Shown here one piece after another: positions 1-8,364 of a DNA stretch of 64,000 nt. Position 1 is the first letter of the stretch. The number at the start of each line of letters is the position of its first letter. A program made the translations under genes and the position numbers. The notes beneath the pieces were generated by a model that was not told the DNA's origin, made no database searches, and saw only the letters and a program-made list of their open reading frames with translations. Location: positions 62,001 to 126,000 of IMG/VR virus record IMGVR_UViG_3300046787_000286, one strand, 5' to 3'.

Positions 1-164
1 GTCTTATCAGTGATCGCTCCCTTGCAGGAGTGAGCAGGCTTGCCTAAGTGAACTATTTTTAGTAGCGGAGTTATGTAGGCATACCTCCTTTGGCTGTGTC
101 ACCACAGTTATTCTTCACTAGATAGCAAGCTACCTAGTAGGACATTAAGCTGCCCTTATATTCT

Positions 165-193
165 ATTATAACATTGATTGCTGCACTTGTCAA
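165..193 (-). promoter_or_regulatory. sigma70-type early promoter
   Basis: TTGACA-17 bp-TATAAT on the minus strand, firing into a non-coding region at 1-155. Confidence 0.8.
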
Positions 194-222
194 CCATCAA
201 CATTACCAAATCTGTAAACAAC

Positions 223-296
223 TGCACACTTACAGGACTCGAACCTGACGACCAGGGCAATAGCCCTAGCTATGAATCCAACCATATCAGCGTGGC
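223..296 (-). pseudogene. tRNA-like element with contracted anticodon loop, no CCA
   Basis: T-arm CAGG-TTCGAGT-CCTG, D-arm-like GCTGATATGGTTGGATTCATAGC, hairpin TAGGGC-TATT-GCCCTG. Confidence 0.5.
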
Positions 297-347
297 CTAC
301 GCCTTTATGTGCATGTGTTTAAAGACTTTGTTACTGTCTAAGTATCT

Positions 348-376
348 ATTATAGCAAATTACGATATACTTGTCAA
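348..376 (-). promoter_or_regulatory. sigma70-type early promoter
   Basis: TTGACA-17-TATAAT. Confidence 0.8.
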
Positions 377-406
377 CTACTTTTTTGCATTTTGGGTAAA
401 GTGTTA

Positions 407-414
407 TATAAATA
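407..414 (+). promoter_or_regulatory. T4-type late promoter
   Basis: TATAAATA 8 nt upstream of ATG 422. Confidence 0.7.
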
Positions 415-421
415 TTCCACT

Positions 422-1600
422 ATGAATAAATCTAAAACTTTTTGTATAGCCACTCATGTTTGTATGGCAGTACAAAACGAAGTTGACTACTGTTGTTGCA
501 ACGCCAACAAAGAAAGTTGGAAAACAAATGACCACCAAGTCATGCGTGTAAACGAACACTCTCCCAAACAAGCCTGGAACAGCTATTCTCGTAAAATAAT
601 AAGAGAAGTATTAGATAATGGGCAACAACATCATTCGTGCCAGAAGTGTTGGGACATTGAGGCTGCTGGTAGCATAAGTCAACGTATGACATTGAATAAT
701 ATGTTTGTTGATGTTGAGTTACTCAACGACCAACCGCAGATTATAATTATAAAACCCGGAAATACTTGTAATTTTGCATGCCGAATGTGCAATCCTGAAA
801 CTAGCTCAAGCTGGTATTCGGATGCATACAAATTAGAAAAATCTACTTTGCCCTTTTCCGAATACACTCGTAAGTTTGAAACTATACGAAACAGTTTTAA
901 CCGTGATAATGAAAATTTTTGGAATACCTTCAAACAGTGGTTGCCAACTATAAAGTACATTGACATTTACGGCGGAGAACCATTCTTAGCTCCTGCATTG
1001 TTTGATCTACTAGAGCACGGAGTTAACATAGGTGCTGCAAAAGAAGTTTCTTTGCAACTGCATACAAATGCATCAATCATGAATCAACATTATCTTGATA
1101 TTTTAAGTCAGTACAAAAAAGTTACCTGTAAAGTAAGTATTGATTCAAGTGATCCGAAGAAAAACGATTACATACGGCATCAAGGAAACTTTGATAAAAC
1201 AATAGCTAATGCAAAATTATTCAAAACATTTTTTGATCAACATAAAAATTTAAATTTTGGAGTAACATACACACTTACGCCGTTGAATGTGTTCCATGTG
1301 GATCAAGATAAAGAACTTATTAGCGAACTATTAGAATTACCTAAAATAGATGTAAACATAGTAACTACACCAGAATACGACATACGTCACTTACCGATTC
1401 CAGTTAAGGACTTTCTAATTAATAATATTAACGATAGCTCGGTGAACAATTTTCTAAAACAAACTATACCAGGTTGCGACATTGAGTGGCCAAAATTCTG
1501 TAAAGTAACTGATGAGTTAGATGCCATACGCAACCAAAGTTTTGCCGAAACATTCCCCGAATGGTGGGAAATGCTCAAACCATACTGGGTGTCTCAATGA
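422..1600 (+). CDS. radical SAM protein with N-terminal Cys-rich (twitch/SPASM-like) segment
   Basis: GNTCNFACRMC (CxxxCxxC), GGEPF, TN, SID motifs; ATG 422 preferred to track start 392. Confidence 0.85.
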   Translation: MNKSKTFCIATHVCMAVQNEVDYCCCNANKESWKTNDHQVMRVNEHSPKQAWNSYSRKIIREVLDNGQQHHSCQKCWDIEAAGSISQRMTLNNMFVDVELLNDQPQIIIIKPGNTCNFACRMCNPETSSSWYSDAYKLEKSTLPFSEYTRKFETIRNSFNRDNENFWNTFKQWLPTIKYIDIYGGEPFLAPALFDLLEHGVNIGAAKEVSLQLHTNASIMNQHYLDILSQYKKVTCKVSIDSSDPKKNDYIRHQGNFDKTIANAKLFKTFFDQHKNLNFGVTYTLTPLNVFHVDQDKELISELLELPKIDVNIVTTPEYDIRHLPIPVKDFLINNINDSSVNNFLKQTIPGCDIEWPKFCKVTDELDAIRNQSFAETFPEWWEMLKPYWVSQ

Positions 1601-2028
1601 AACTATTACTAGGACTTAGGGGCACAGCAGAATGTAATGATGTTTGTGTTGAGGTTTTTGTAAATCAAAAATTAATTGCTCAACGCACATCTCAACTTGA
1701 CGAATTTATAACCGAACTAGTATTGCCAGAAAACCCTGCTGCTCATGTGGTAGAGATCTGCATATCTGGGAAAACAGAAAAACATACAGAAGTCGATGCA
1801 CAGGGCAACATTGTATCTGATGTAGCATTTATAATAGAAACGCTACAAATCGAAGACATAGACATGAAGCCAGTGTTCTGCCAAGGCAGACAGTGCTACT
1901 ATCACTCATCGAACATTCCCAATGGGCCAATAATTCAAGATGAGTTATACGATTATATAGGGTTTAACGGAAAAGTTCAACTCGAATTCTTTACACCTAT
2001 ATATCTATGGATGAGTGAATACTTTTGA
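1597..2028 (+). CDS. hypothetical protein
   Basis: ATGA overlap with the radical SAM stop. Confidence 0.7.
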   Translation: MKLLLGLRGTAECNDVCVEVFVNQKLIAQRTSQLDEFITELVLPENPAAHVVEICISGKTEKHTEVDAQGNIVSDVAFIIETLQIEDIDMKPVFCQGRQCYYHSSNIPNGPIIQDELYDYIGFNGKVQLEFFTPIYLWMSEYF

Positions 2029-2038
2029 ACTTTTCCTG

Positions 2039-2530
2039 TTACGCTACTTGAGCATGCCCGCGAGCATTGCCTAAGCTACGGAAGCGATCAGCTGCATAAG
2101 AAGCTGCAAACGCTTGTGGCTTAACTAAGGGTTCAACGTTGCATACGCCACGTATGTAACCGATAGCTTGGCTAACAACACAGCTTGAACCGTGCATTTC
2201 GTTAGGGTTAATATCCAAGTGAACTTCGACATCGCGACCTTCTAACACATCGGCTAACTTCAAATACAATGCTGACACTTTATAAACTTCAGTCATCAAG
2301 CGAGTGCTAGGACGGCTTGCACGTTGGTCATAATCGCGTTCGCGAGTTACTTCACCAAACAGCTTACAACCGTGGTTGCCATCGATATGAACCACAATGA
2401 CTGCTGTATAAACAGCATGCCATACGCCGTTGATTCTTGTACGTTCAGAGTCACAACCAATATAAATTTTAGTTTCTAGACTTTGTTCTACTATGAAGTC
2501 ACGGATTTCATCGATGTTAAATTTTGTCAT
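2039..2530 (-). CDS. YkuK/DUF458 RNase H-like protein
   Basis: IYIGCDSE ... EVHLDINP ... VKPQAFAASYAAD, typical of the YkuK family; AGAGG RBS. Confidence 0.75.
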   Translation of the reverse strand: MTKFNIDEIRDFIVEQSLETKIYIGCDSERTRINGVWHAVYTAVIVVHIDGNHGCKLFGEVTRERDYDQRASRPSTRLMTEVYKVSALYLKLADVLEGRDVEVHLDINPNEMHGSSCVVSQAIGYIRGVCNVEPLVKPQAFAASYAADRFRSLGNARGHAQVA

Positions 2531-2546
2531 TATTTCCTCTTTTATT

Positions 2547-2622
2547 TGGCGACCCCTGATGGATTCGAACCACCGACACGCGGCTTTGGAGACCGCTGTT
2601 CTGCCAACTGAACTAAGGAGCC
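2547..2622 (-). tRNA. trnW: tRNA-Trp(CCA)
   Basis: cloverleaf, loop CTCCAAA, encoded CCA. Confidence 0.95.
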
Positions 2623-2627
2623 ATTTT

Positions 2628-2701
2628 TGGTAGCCTGTAGAGGTTACGATCCTCTGTCGCTCGATTATCAGTCGAGTGCTCTACCATTGAGCTAACGGGC
2701 T
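2628..2701 (-). tRNA. trnI: tRNA-Ile(GAT)
   Basis: loop CTGATAA, encoded CCA. Confidence 0.9.
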
Positions 2702-2885
2702 ATTTTACTTTTACCTTTTGCAGGATATCTTTTCGCATCAAAAAGATTCTTGGGGAATTCTCTTGATGCACTGCAATATACTCTACCCCATCTATCCACT
2801 GGGAGAGTTTTGTGTTATCACATACAACACGTTCGCGATTTAGTTTATTCTCAAATGTCACGGGTTTCATCTCCTCCTCCCTTCA

Positions 2886-2960
2886 TGGCCGGTCCTGCAG
2901 GAATCGAACCCACATCTCCAAGTTCGAAGCATGGCATTCTATCCATTGAACTAAGGACCG
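2886..2960 (-). tRNA. trnR: tRNA-Arg(TCG)
   Basis: loop CTTCGAA, encoded CCA. Confidence 0.9.
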
Positions 2961-2964
2961 AAAA

Positions 2965-3144
2965 TTAATTACCTTCTAACTGCTCTATTTTATCGGCAGC
3001 TTCTTCAAGTAAGTCAGCAATGCGATCGGGCTTGCCCTCTTCTACACTCTTGCGTCCTTGAATCTGTCGCCTAATCTCTGCTCGCTTACGCAAGCGAAAG
3101 ACTAGGCTTTGTTCACTAACAGGTAGATGACTTTCGTCAATCAT
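2965..3144 (-). CDS. small hypothetical protein (59 aa, below track cut-off)
   Basis: MIDESHLPVSEQSLVFRLRKRAEIRRQIQGRKSVEEGKPDRIADLLEEAADKIEQLEGN; ATGA overlap with the ligase stop. Confidence 0.7.
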   Translation of the reverse strand: MIDESHLPVSEQSLVFRLRKRAEIRRQIQGRKSVEEGKPDRIADLLEEAADKIEQLEGN

Positions 3145-4046
3145 ACTGTTTCCATATAGTTACGTACCCACTCTAAACGAGCTTGCTCGTCCATAGCAGT
3201 ATACTCAACAATGTTAGCACGGATAGCATCCACTAGTGGATAGTATTCTTCGTCTAGTTGGTGCTTGATGTCTTTGTTCAAGTCTACTAACTTGTCTGTA
3301 CGTGGATTGCGAGCAACCCACTTTGAAGTCAAGTAGTATGGTGACTTGATTTTAGCACTCACACCTTCGTTAGTGTAGAATACAAAACCTTCGTGCTTGC
3401 ATTCCTTTGCTAAGTTCTTCAATGCAGCCATTGAAGTTGTTACACTTTCTGGCTTGTGACAGTTAAACAACAATGCTAAGTCTTGCAACACACATGGATC
3501 GTGCCCCACTTTAGATCCAAACTCGTTTTCGCGATAGCCTAAAACATACATGCCTGCCTTCTCTGGAACGATATGAGGGTCACTTGGGTGAACACACTCG
3601 AACATCACAGTCATACCGTCTAGTTCATCGTCACAAAATGCTATACGCCAATCAGCTAAAGAACCATGAGTCAACATCATTTCTTTTGCCAGGTCAACGT
3701 ATGGGCTGTCAGTGCTACCTGTAGTAGAAACTAGCACGTCGCCGTTATACCAAGTTATAGCAACCATAAAGCCGTTGACCTTACGATATGCTAGCACTTC
3801 TGTATCGTCGGCCAGCACTGGTGCTTCCTTTTCGATACCGTAGTTGTAGATCTTTGTGAATGGATATGACACTAGGTTGAAATCCTTGTCCACAATAGAC
3901 CCACGACATTCAGCAATGTATTCATTCCACAGGTTATCGTAGAACACTTTCTTCTTGTACTTTAGCACGTAGATACCGTCGCCGGCTTCCTTCATGTTAA
4001 CCAAGTTAGAAGTAGCTACATACTCCTTCAACTCATCTTTAAACAT
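3141..4046 (-). CDS. T4 Rnl1-like RNA ligase
   Basis: motif I RKVNGF, FECVHP, EGFV, KIKS; CRG and FTKIYNYG N-terminal motifs; likely start MFKDELKEY. Confidence 0.85.
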   Translation of the reverse strand: MFKDELKEYVATSNLVNMKEAGDGIYVLKYKKKVFYDNLWNEYIAECRGSIVDKDFNLVSYPFTKIYNYGIEKEAPVLADDTEVLAYRKVNGFMVAITWYNGDVLVSTTGSTDSPYVDLAKEMMLTHGSLADWRIAFCDDELDGMTVMFECVHPSDPHIVPEKAGMYVLGYRENEFGSKVGHDPCVLQDLALLFNCHKPESVTTSMAALKNLAKECKHEGFVFYTNEGVSAKIKSPYYLTSKWVARNPRTDKLVDLNKDIKHQLDEEYYPLVDAIRANIVEYTAMDEQARLEWVRNYMETV

Positions 4047-4500
4047 ACCAAATTTCCTTAAAGCCTTCTTCTTCAGTTGGCATTTCAAAATTGTTAATCA
4101 TTGAACGCATAACGTTCTCCGGAATTGCCTTACCTGGTCGGCTAGCTAATCGACGTTCGTGTTCTTCCTTTTCGGGAGTACGAAACACAACAGCAATCTT
4201 TTCATAGTTAGACAAAATTGCCAACTTAGACTTGCGAGATTTTGCGCTAGTATTAGTTTGATCCCAAATACAATCTACTTGGTTCGCGTGGCAAACTCGT
4301 GCTTGATTGTCCATCAACTTCATTGCAATAGGCGCATATTCTTTGAACACTTCGTTGTAAGTTTTACCTACACGTTCTGCATGCTCGTCAATAAAACGAT
4401 CGCTAGAGATAACCGGAACACCATCAGTCCAATTTTGTGCTTTGATCCAAGTGCTCTTACCTGAACCTGGCACACCAATTAACATGTAAACTTTTGGCAT
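4039..4500 (-). CDS. polynucleotide-kinase-like P-loop protein (AAA_33)
   Basis: GVPGSGKST, SSD, WDQTN, lid RLASR. Confidence 0.85.
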   Translation of the reverse strand: MPKVYMLIGVPGSGKSTWIKAQNWTDGVPVISSDRFIDEHAERVGKTYNEVFKEYAPIAMKLMDNQARVCHANQVDCIWDQTNTSAKSRKSKLAILSNYEKIAVVFRTPEKEEHERRLASRPGKAIPENVMRSMINNFEMPTEEEGFKEIWYV

Positions 4501-4509
4501 AATTACTCC

Positions 4510-5052
4510 TTAGTGGTGAGCTCGAATCTCACCTTTTAATGCGTCTGCAATCATGTCGTCCATGTTGCTAACCACACGACCTGTTGCGTCAAAAGCTACA
4601 TCACGGGCACGATACTTTTCCATGCCAGTCTTTGCACCATGTACATGACCGTAGAAGTGAACACTACCACGATGCATTTGGTCCCACTCCCAGATAGGGT
4701 AGTGCAACATGATAACAATTTGACCTTCATGGTTGTAACGCAAGTACTGATGCACTTCCTTAAACTCTGCACGGAATGCAGGGTCATTCAACAACTTGCG
4801 GTCATGATTGCCTTCAACCAAAATCTTACTACCATTCAACCGGCGCAAGATATCCACTGCGTCTTTTGCTGGCAAGAAAGCAAAGTCACCCAAGATGAAT
4901 GTTTCATCTTCTGGCGCAACACTTGCGTTCCATTCTTTAATCATCTTTTCTCGCATGTCAGCCACATCAGTGAAGCCTGCCCGAGTTACTGGGCAAAACT
5001 TCATAATGTTTGCGTGACCAAAATGCAAGTCACTTGTAATCCATTTTGTCAT
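4510..5052 (-). CDS. calcineurin-like metallophosphoesterase
   Basis: DLHFGH, LGDF, GNHD, HYP, GHVH motifs. Confidence 0.9.
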   Translation of the reverse strand: MTKWITSDLHFGHANIMKFCPVTRAGFTDVADMREKMIKEWNASVAPEDETFILGDFAFLPAKDAVDILRRLNGSKILVEGNHDRKLLNDPAFRAEFKEVHQYLRYNHEGQIVIMLHYPIWEWDQMHRGSVHFYGHVHGAKTGMEKYRARDVAFDATGRVVSNMDDMIADALKGEIRAHH

Positions 5053-5054
5053 TA

Positions 5055-5252
5055 TTATTCTCCGATGTATTCACGAACCCAATCAAAGTGAGCTTCGTCT
5101 GCTTTAACCCACTTGAACTGTTCTCGACGACGGTTGATTTTGTCAAAGTCAAAACAGATAAAGATCCAGCCCTTGTCCTCTGAGAACATGACGGTATTTT
5201 GGACTTTGACAATCTGTACGATTTTGTCTTTCATCTTTGCTACTATCATCAT
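5055..5252 (-). CDS. hypothetical protein
   Basis: operon position behind a sigma70 promoter. Confidence 0.6.
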   Translation of the reverse strand: MMIVAKMKDKIVQIVKVQNTVMFSEDKGWIFICFDFDKINRRREQFKWVKADEAHFDWVREYIGE

Positions 5253-5281
5253 GCTAGATCCTTTTGCTTTGTTATGTGTAT

Positions 5282-5310
5282 ATTATAGCAAATCGGGCAT
5301 TTTTGGTCAA
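5282..5310 (-). promoter_or_regulatory. sigma70-type early promoter of the RNA-repair operon
   Basis: TTGACC-17-TATAAT. Confidence 0.8.
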
Positions 5311-5330
5311 CCAAAAAATGTAGTACTTAA

Positions 5331-5813
5331 TTACACATCGCCTTCGCGGGTTGGACTATCTTCTAATCCCCACTCAACGCCATTGATTGTGTGGGGCTCT
5401 GCTTCGTCATAAGTCCAACCCAGCGCCTTCATCATCTTGTGCTTGACAAGTAAGTTAGGACTACGAAATGCTTCAGTGTCATCAAAGCCTAACATTACCC
5501 CAATTTCTGCAACTGCACCCGAACGGCACACTCCTGCGTGGCAATGAACAATAACGTTCATGCGTTGACCGTATGCTTTGAGCAACAAGTCAACCAATTG
5601 CTTGGCCTGTTCATCTGTGCATTTGCATTCGTCTGGAAAGTTATCTTTGTCCTCAGCATCCAAGAATTCAAACTGATGAACTTCACGGAATTCATACTTG
5701 GGAACAGGAAACTCGTATGCTGGATCTACAATCTGAATCAGCATAGAGTTAATGCCGGGGGTAATATGAAACCCTTGACGAATGTCACTCATGCTTACAT
5801 TTTGAATCCACAT
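5331..5813 (-). CDS. protein-tyrosine/dual-specificity phosphatase-like protein
   Basis: HCHAGVCRS (CX5R) and FLD acid loop. Confidence 0.8.
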   Translation of the reverse strand: MWIQNVSMSDIRQGFHITPGINSMLIQIVDPAYEFPVPKYEFREVHQFEFLDAEDKDNFPDECKCTDEQAKQLVDLLLKAYGQRMNVIVHCHAGVCRSGAVAEIGVMLGFDDTEAFRSPNLLVKHKMMKALGWTYDEAEPHTINGVEWGLEDSPTREGDV

Positions 5814-5835
5814 AAAAAATCTCCTTTAATGCGTT

Positions 5836-5864
5836 ATTATAACACTAAAGGAGATTTTGGTCAA
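5836..5864 (-). promoter_or_regulatory. sigma70-type early promoter
   Basis: TTGACC-17-TATAAT. Confidence 0.8.
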
Positions 5865-5889
5865 GTACTACCTTAGTACTACTTTTGTT

Positions 5890-5964
5890 TGGTACCTGGT
5901 GACGGTTTCGAACCGCCGACCCGCTGCGTGTAAAGCAGCCGCTCTCCCCCTGAGCTAACCAGGC
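5890..5964 (-). tRNA. trnV: tRNA-Val(TAC)
   Basis: loop TTTACAC, CCA. Confidence 0.95.
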
Positions 5965-5972
5965 AAATTGTT

Positions 5973-6046
5973 TGGAGCGGGGTGCGGGAATCGAACCCGC
6001 AACTTCAACTTGGAAGGATGGTGTTTTACCACTAAACTAACCCCGC
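5973..6046 (-). tRNA. trnG: tRNA-Gly(TCC)
   Basis: loop CTTCCAA, U73, CCA. Confidence 0.95.
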
Positions 6047-6054
6047 ATTAAATC

Positions 6055-6130
6055 TGGCTCCCCAGCGTGGGATCGAACCACGGACACCTTGATTAACAGT
6101 CAAGTGCAACTACCGCTGTGCTACTGGGGA
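6055..6130 (-). tRNA. trnN: tRNA-Asn(GTT)
   Basis: loop CTGTTAA, CCA. Confidence 0.95.
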
Positions 6131-6139
6131 ATATTTTTT

Positions 6140-6229
6140 TGGCGGTGCGAAAGAGACTCGAACTCTTAAAGCGGCTTTCACCACTCGACGGATTAGCAAT
6201 CCGCTCCAATACCATTATGGGACCGCACC
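6140..6229 (-). tRNA. trnS: tRNA-Ser(GCT)
   Basis: loop TTGCTAA, long variable arm, G73, CCA. Confidence 0.95.
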
Positions 6230-6233
6230 AAAC

Positions 6234-6608
6234 TTAACAAGGTATCGAACTTAGTTCATCTACCTGCTGCCTAGTAATATAATGAACTTTTTTACCGTCC
6301 ATAATACTTATAGGCATATAAACTACTCTATCTATGTCTGACAGATAAACTGCCCAACAGTCGATTAAATCTCTATTAATAGCAACACCCTTCCCGTTTA
6401 CCATAGAAGATGCTGCTATTTCATATCTATCACCTCTTCCCGGTGATCTATATTTTATTTGCAATCTAAACAATCTACCCTCTGAATCAACTGCTATACA
6501 GTCAACTGGATTATAGTCATCAAACGGTGTAAACGCGGTAAATCCTTTGGTGTATAAGTCTCCTATAACTTTAATAAGTCCTAGGTTGCCTTTTTCATTA
6601 ACATTCAT
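6234..6608 (-). CDS. free-standing PD-(D/E)XK homing endonuclease (I-Ssp6803I-like)
   Basis: GNLG...PFDD...VDCIA...LQIKY motif order; inserted between tRNA genes. Confidence 0.75.
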   Translation of the reverse strand: MNVNEKGNLGLIKVIGDLYTKGFTAFTPFDDYNPVDCIAVDSEGRLFRLQIKYRSPGRGDRYEIAASSMVNGKGVAINRDLIDCWAVYLSDIDRVVYMPISIMDGKKVHYITRQQVDELSSIPC

Positions 6609-6685
6609 GTGTATCTCCTGCTATGTTTATTTAGCAGATGATGCATCTGTTTGAATTACCGTCCTGCCCGTCTTCCAATTATTCT

Positions 6686-6714
6686 ATTATATATCCAACT
6701 GCATGTGCAGTCAA
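6686..6714 (-). promoter_or_regulatory. sigma70-type promoter inside the tRNA array
   Basis: TTGACT-17-TATAAT. Confidence 0.8.
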
Positions 6715-6720
6715 CTATTT

Positions 6721-6803
6721 TGGTACCCCTGGTCAGATTCGAACTGACATATTATACTCCTCTGTTTGAGAGAGGCGACTTTACCAAGTTTGTCCACAGG
6801 GGC
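6721..6803 (-). tRNA. trnL: tRNA-Leu(CAA)
   Basis: loop CTCAAAC, variable arm, CCA. Confidence 0.95.
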
Positions 6804-6808
6804 ATTTA

Positions 6809-6883
6809 TGGTGGATGTAGCTAGATTCGAACTAGCGGTAGGCACCGTATGAAGATGCTGCATTACCACTTTGCTATACATCC
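6809..6883 (-). tRNA. trnM: tRNA-Met(CAT), non-initiator type
   Basis: loop TTCATAC, no GGG/CCC anticodon stem, CCA. Confidence 0.85.
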
Positions 6884-7000
6884 ATATAGAAGCACTCTCA
6901 AATGCAGGCCTAGGAGGAGTCAAGCTCTGAAACCTTTGCGTATGCATCCACTAGGGTCTCTTCTCCCGCTTTGACTTATGCTAAGAATACTTCTATATGG
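6882..7000 (-). ncRNA. stem-clamped spacer RNA A (between His CCA and Met 5' end)
   Basis: about 17-bp terminal stem CCATATAGAAGTATTCT/AGAGTGCTTCTATATGG with G-U pairs on the minus strand. Confidence 0.65.
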
Positions 7001-7073
7001 GGTGTTAGATGGGGAACGATCCCATACTATCGCTTTCACAGAGCAATGTGCAGACCACTACACTACTAACACC
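6998..7073 (-). tRNA. trnH: tRNA-His(GTG)
   Basis: loop CTGTGAA, G-1/C73, CCA. Confidence 0.9.
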
Positions 7074-7085
7074 ATAAATATTTTT

Positions 7086-7250
7086 GTGAAAACTTACTAC
7101 AGTCAAACACCAGCCGGATTAGACTTTCAATTGAGTCTAAGTGATGATGGCGTGTGTTGCATTATAGTTTACGACACTTACGATTGTGAACTTGTCATGC
7201 GCTATTTCACTAACGTCAATCGAGCTCTACGCTTTATCAACAATCTCTAA
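7086..7250 (+). CDS. small antisense-orientation hypothetical protein (54 aa)
   Basis: GTG start 5 nt after the late-promoter motif ATAAATA (7074-7080); the rest of track ORF 6978-7250 overlaps tRNA-His. Confidence 0.5.
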   Translation: MKTYYSQTPAGLDFQLSLSDDGVCCIIVYDTYDCELVMRYFTNVNRALRFINNL

Positions 7251-7252
7251 TA

Positions 7253-7381
7253 CCATATAGAAACACATTCTTGACGTAAAGGGTCTTTTCATCGCGCTGG
7301 TTAGGCTGCTTCATAGTGAGACTCAACTATTAACCAAGTTGCTCGAAGTCTACTATCAATGATGAATGCATTTCTATATGG
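7253..7381 (-). ncRNA. stem-clamped spacer RNA B
   Basis: CCATATAGAAATGCATTC/GAATGTGTTTCTATATGG terminal stem. Confidence 0.65.
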
Positions 7382-7566
7382 CATTTGTAAAGCCGGCTCA
7401 CTTTGAGCACCCTCGTCCTCCACGGACGGAGTTCTATTGTCATCATCAGTAGCATCCAACAACGCAGGGCCCATTGTTATCTTACTCTACCAACTTATCG
7501 CGTCCCTTGCTCATACCCGTCGGTAATCACTCAGGCTTTCATTTAAACTACAGCTTAACAAATACC
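7379..7566 (-). ncRNA. 188-nt structured RNA closed by a GGTATTTGTTAAGC/GCTTTACAAATGCC stem
   Basis: 14-bp terminal stem ending in ...GCCA; internal hairpins; no plausible ORF. Confidence 0.5.
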
Positions 7567-7692
7567 ATATGAAAACATTCTGTTGTGCTTGAAACAGTGA
7601 CAACCCATCTTCCTGGCAACTTTTACCTGTATAGTCGACTTCAGGGTTACTCGATGAACTCCAGTGTAGTTGTTCAGAATGTTTACATATAG
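7565..7692 (-). ncRNA. stem-clamped spacer RNA C
   Basis: CTATATGTAAACATTCTG/CAGAATGTTTTCATATGG terminal stem. Confidence 0.65.
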
Positions 7693-7792
7693 CAAGCTCA
7701 TTGTAGGCAGGGCTCGAACCTGCACACAGTCCTTACGGATAATGTCGCCCCTATAACGGGGCAATGTCTACCAATTCCATCACTACGAGCTC
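7690..7792 (-). pseudogene. Leu-type class II tRNA-like RNA with non-canonical anticodon loop and a CTA end
   Basis: D-arm GTGATGGAATTGGTAGACA, T-arm GCAGG-TTCGAGC-CCTGC, GCCCC-GTTATA-GGGGC hairpin, bulged acceptor stem. Confidence 0.6.
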
Positions 7793-7840
7793 CTGGAGTT
7801 AATTACTCTCCAGCATGGGTGTTACCTGCAGATAACACTT

Positions 7841-7949
7841 ACCATATGTAAACACACTAACGAACCTGGCTGTGGGCCGCGAACCCACTGTTTTCGCGTG
7901 GCACCAGCAAGTATTGCCACAATTACTGGTTAATGTGTTTGCATATGGT
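7841..7949 (-). ncRNA. stem-clamped spacer RNA D (after Lys CCA)
   Basis: ACCATATGCAAACACATTA/TAGTGTGTTTACATATGGT terminal stem. Confidence 0.7.
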
Positions 7950-8019
7950 AGGGCTGCGGGGTAATGATCCCCGTTCTACTGGTTAAAAGCCAGTTGCTTC
8001 ACCTTAAAGCTTCAACCCC
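7946..8019 (-). tRNA. trnK: tRNA-Lys(TTT)
   Basis: loop CTTTTAA, CCA. Confidence 0.95.
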
Positions 8020-8022
8020 ATA

Positions 8023-8098
8023 TGGTCCCTCTGGTGGGAGTCGAACCCACACGTCACGGATTAAGAGTCCGGCATGCTGCCTTAACATCTCAAAGGGA
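8023..8098 (-). tRNA. trnK: tRNA-Lys(CTT)
   Basis: loop CTCTTAA, CCA. Confidence 0.95.
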
Positions 8099-8207
8099 TG
8101 GATTGTAAAAATTGTCTTTTACGTGCCATCCCGGACCATACAGGGTACAGGGATGACACTAACGTTTACCTGAACGTTTCATATCAAAGTTTCCTTATAA
8201 AAAATTT

Positions 8208-8283
8208 TGGTGCCGAAGAATGGATTTGAACCAGTGACACACGGATTTTCAATCCGCTGCTCTACCAACTGAGCTACATCGGC
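8208..8283 (-). tRNA. trnF: tRNA-Phe(GAA)
   Basis: loop TTGAAAA, CCA. Confidence 0.95.
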
Positions 8284-8290
8284 AATTGTT

Positions 8291-8364
8291 TGGTGCTCTC
8301 ACCAGGTATCGATCCTGGGTTTCTACATTACCAATGTAGTGTAATGCCTTTATACTATGAGAGC
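8291..8364 (-). tRNA. trnT: tRNA-Thr(GGT)
   Basis: loop TTGGTAA, CCA. Confidence 0.95.

Noticed and set aside
6234-6608. Group I intron-encoded endonuclease in a tRNA
   Set aside because: The flanking tRNAs are intact and no P7/intron core is visible, so the gene is free-standing.
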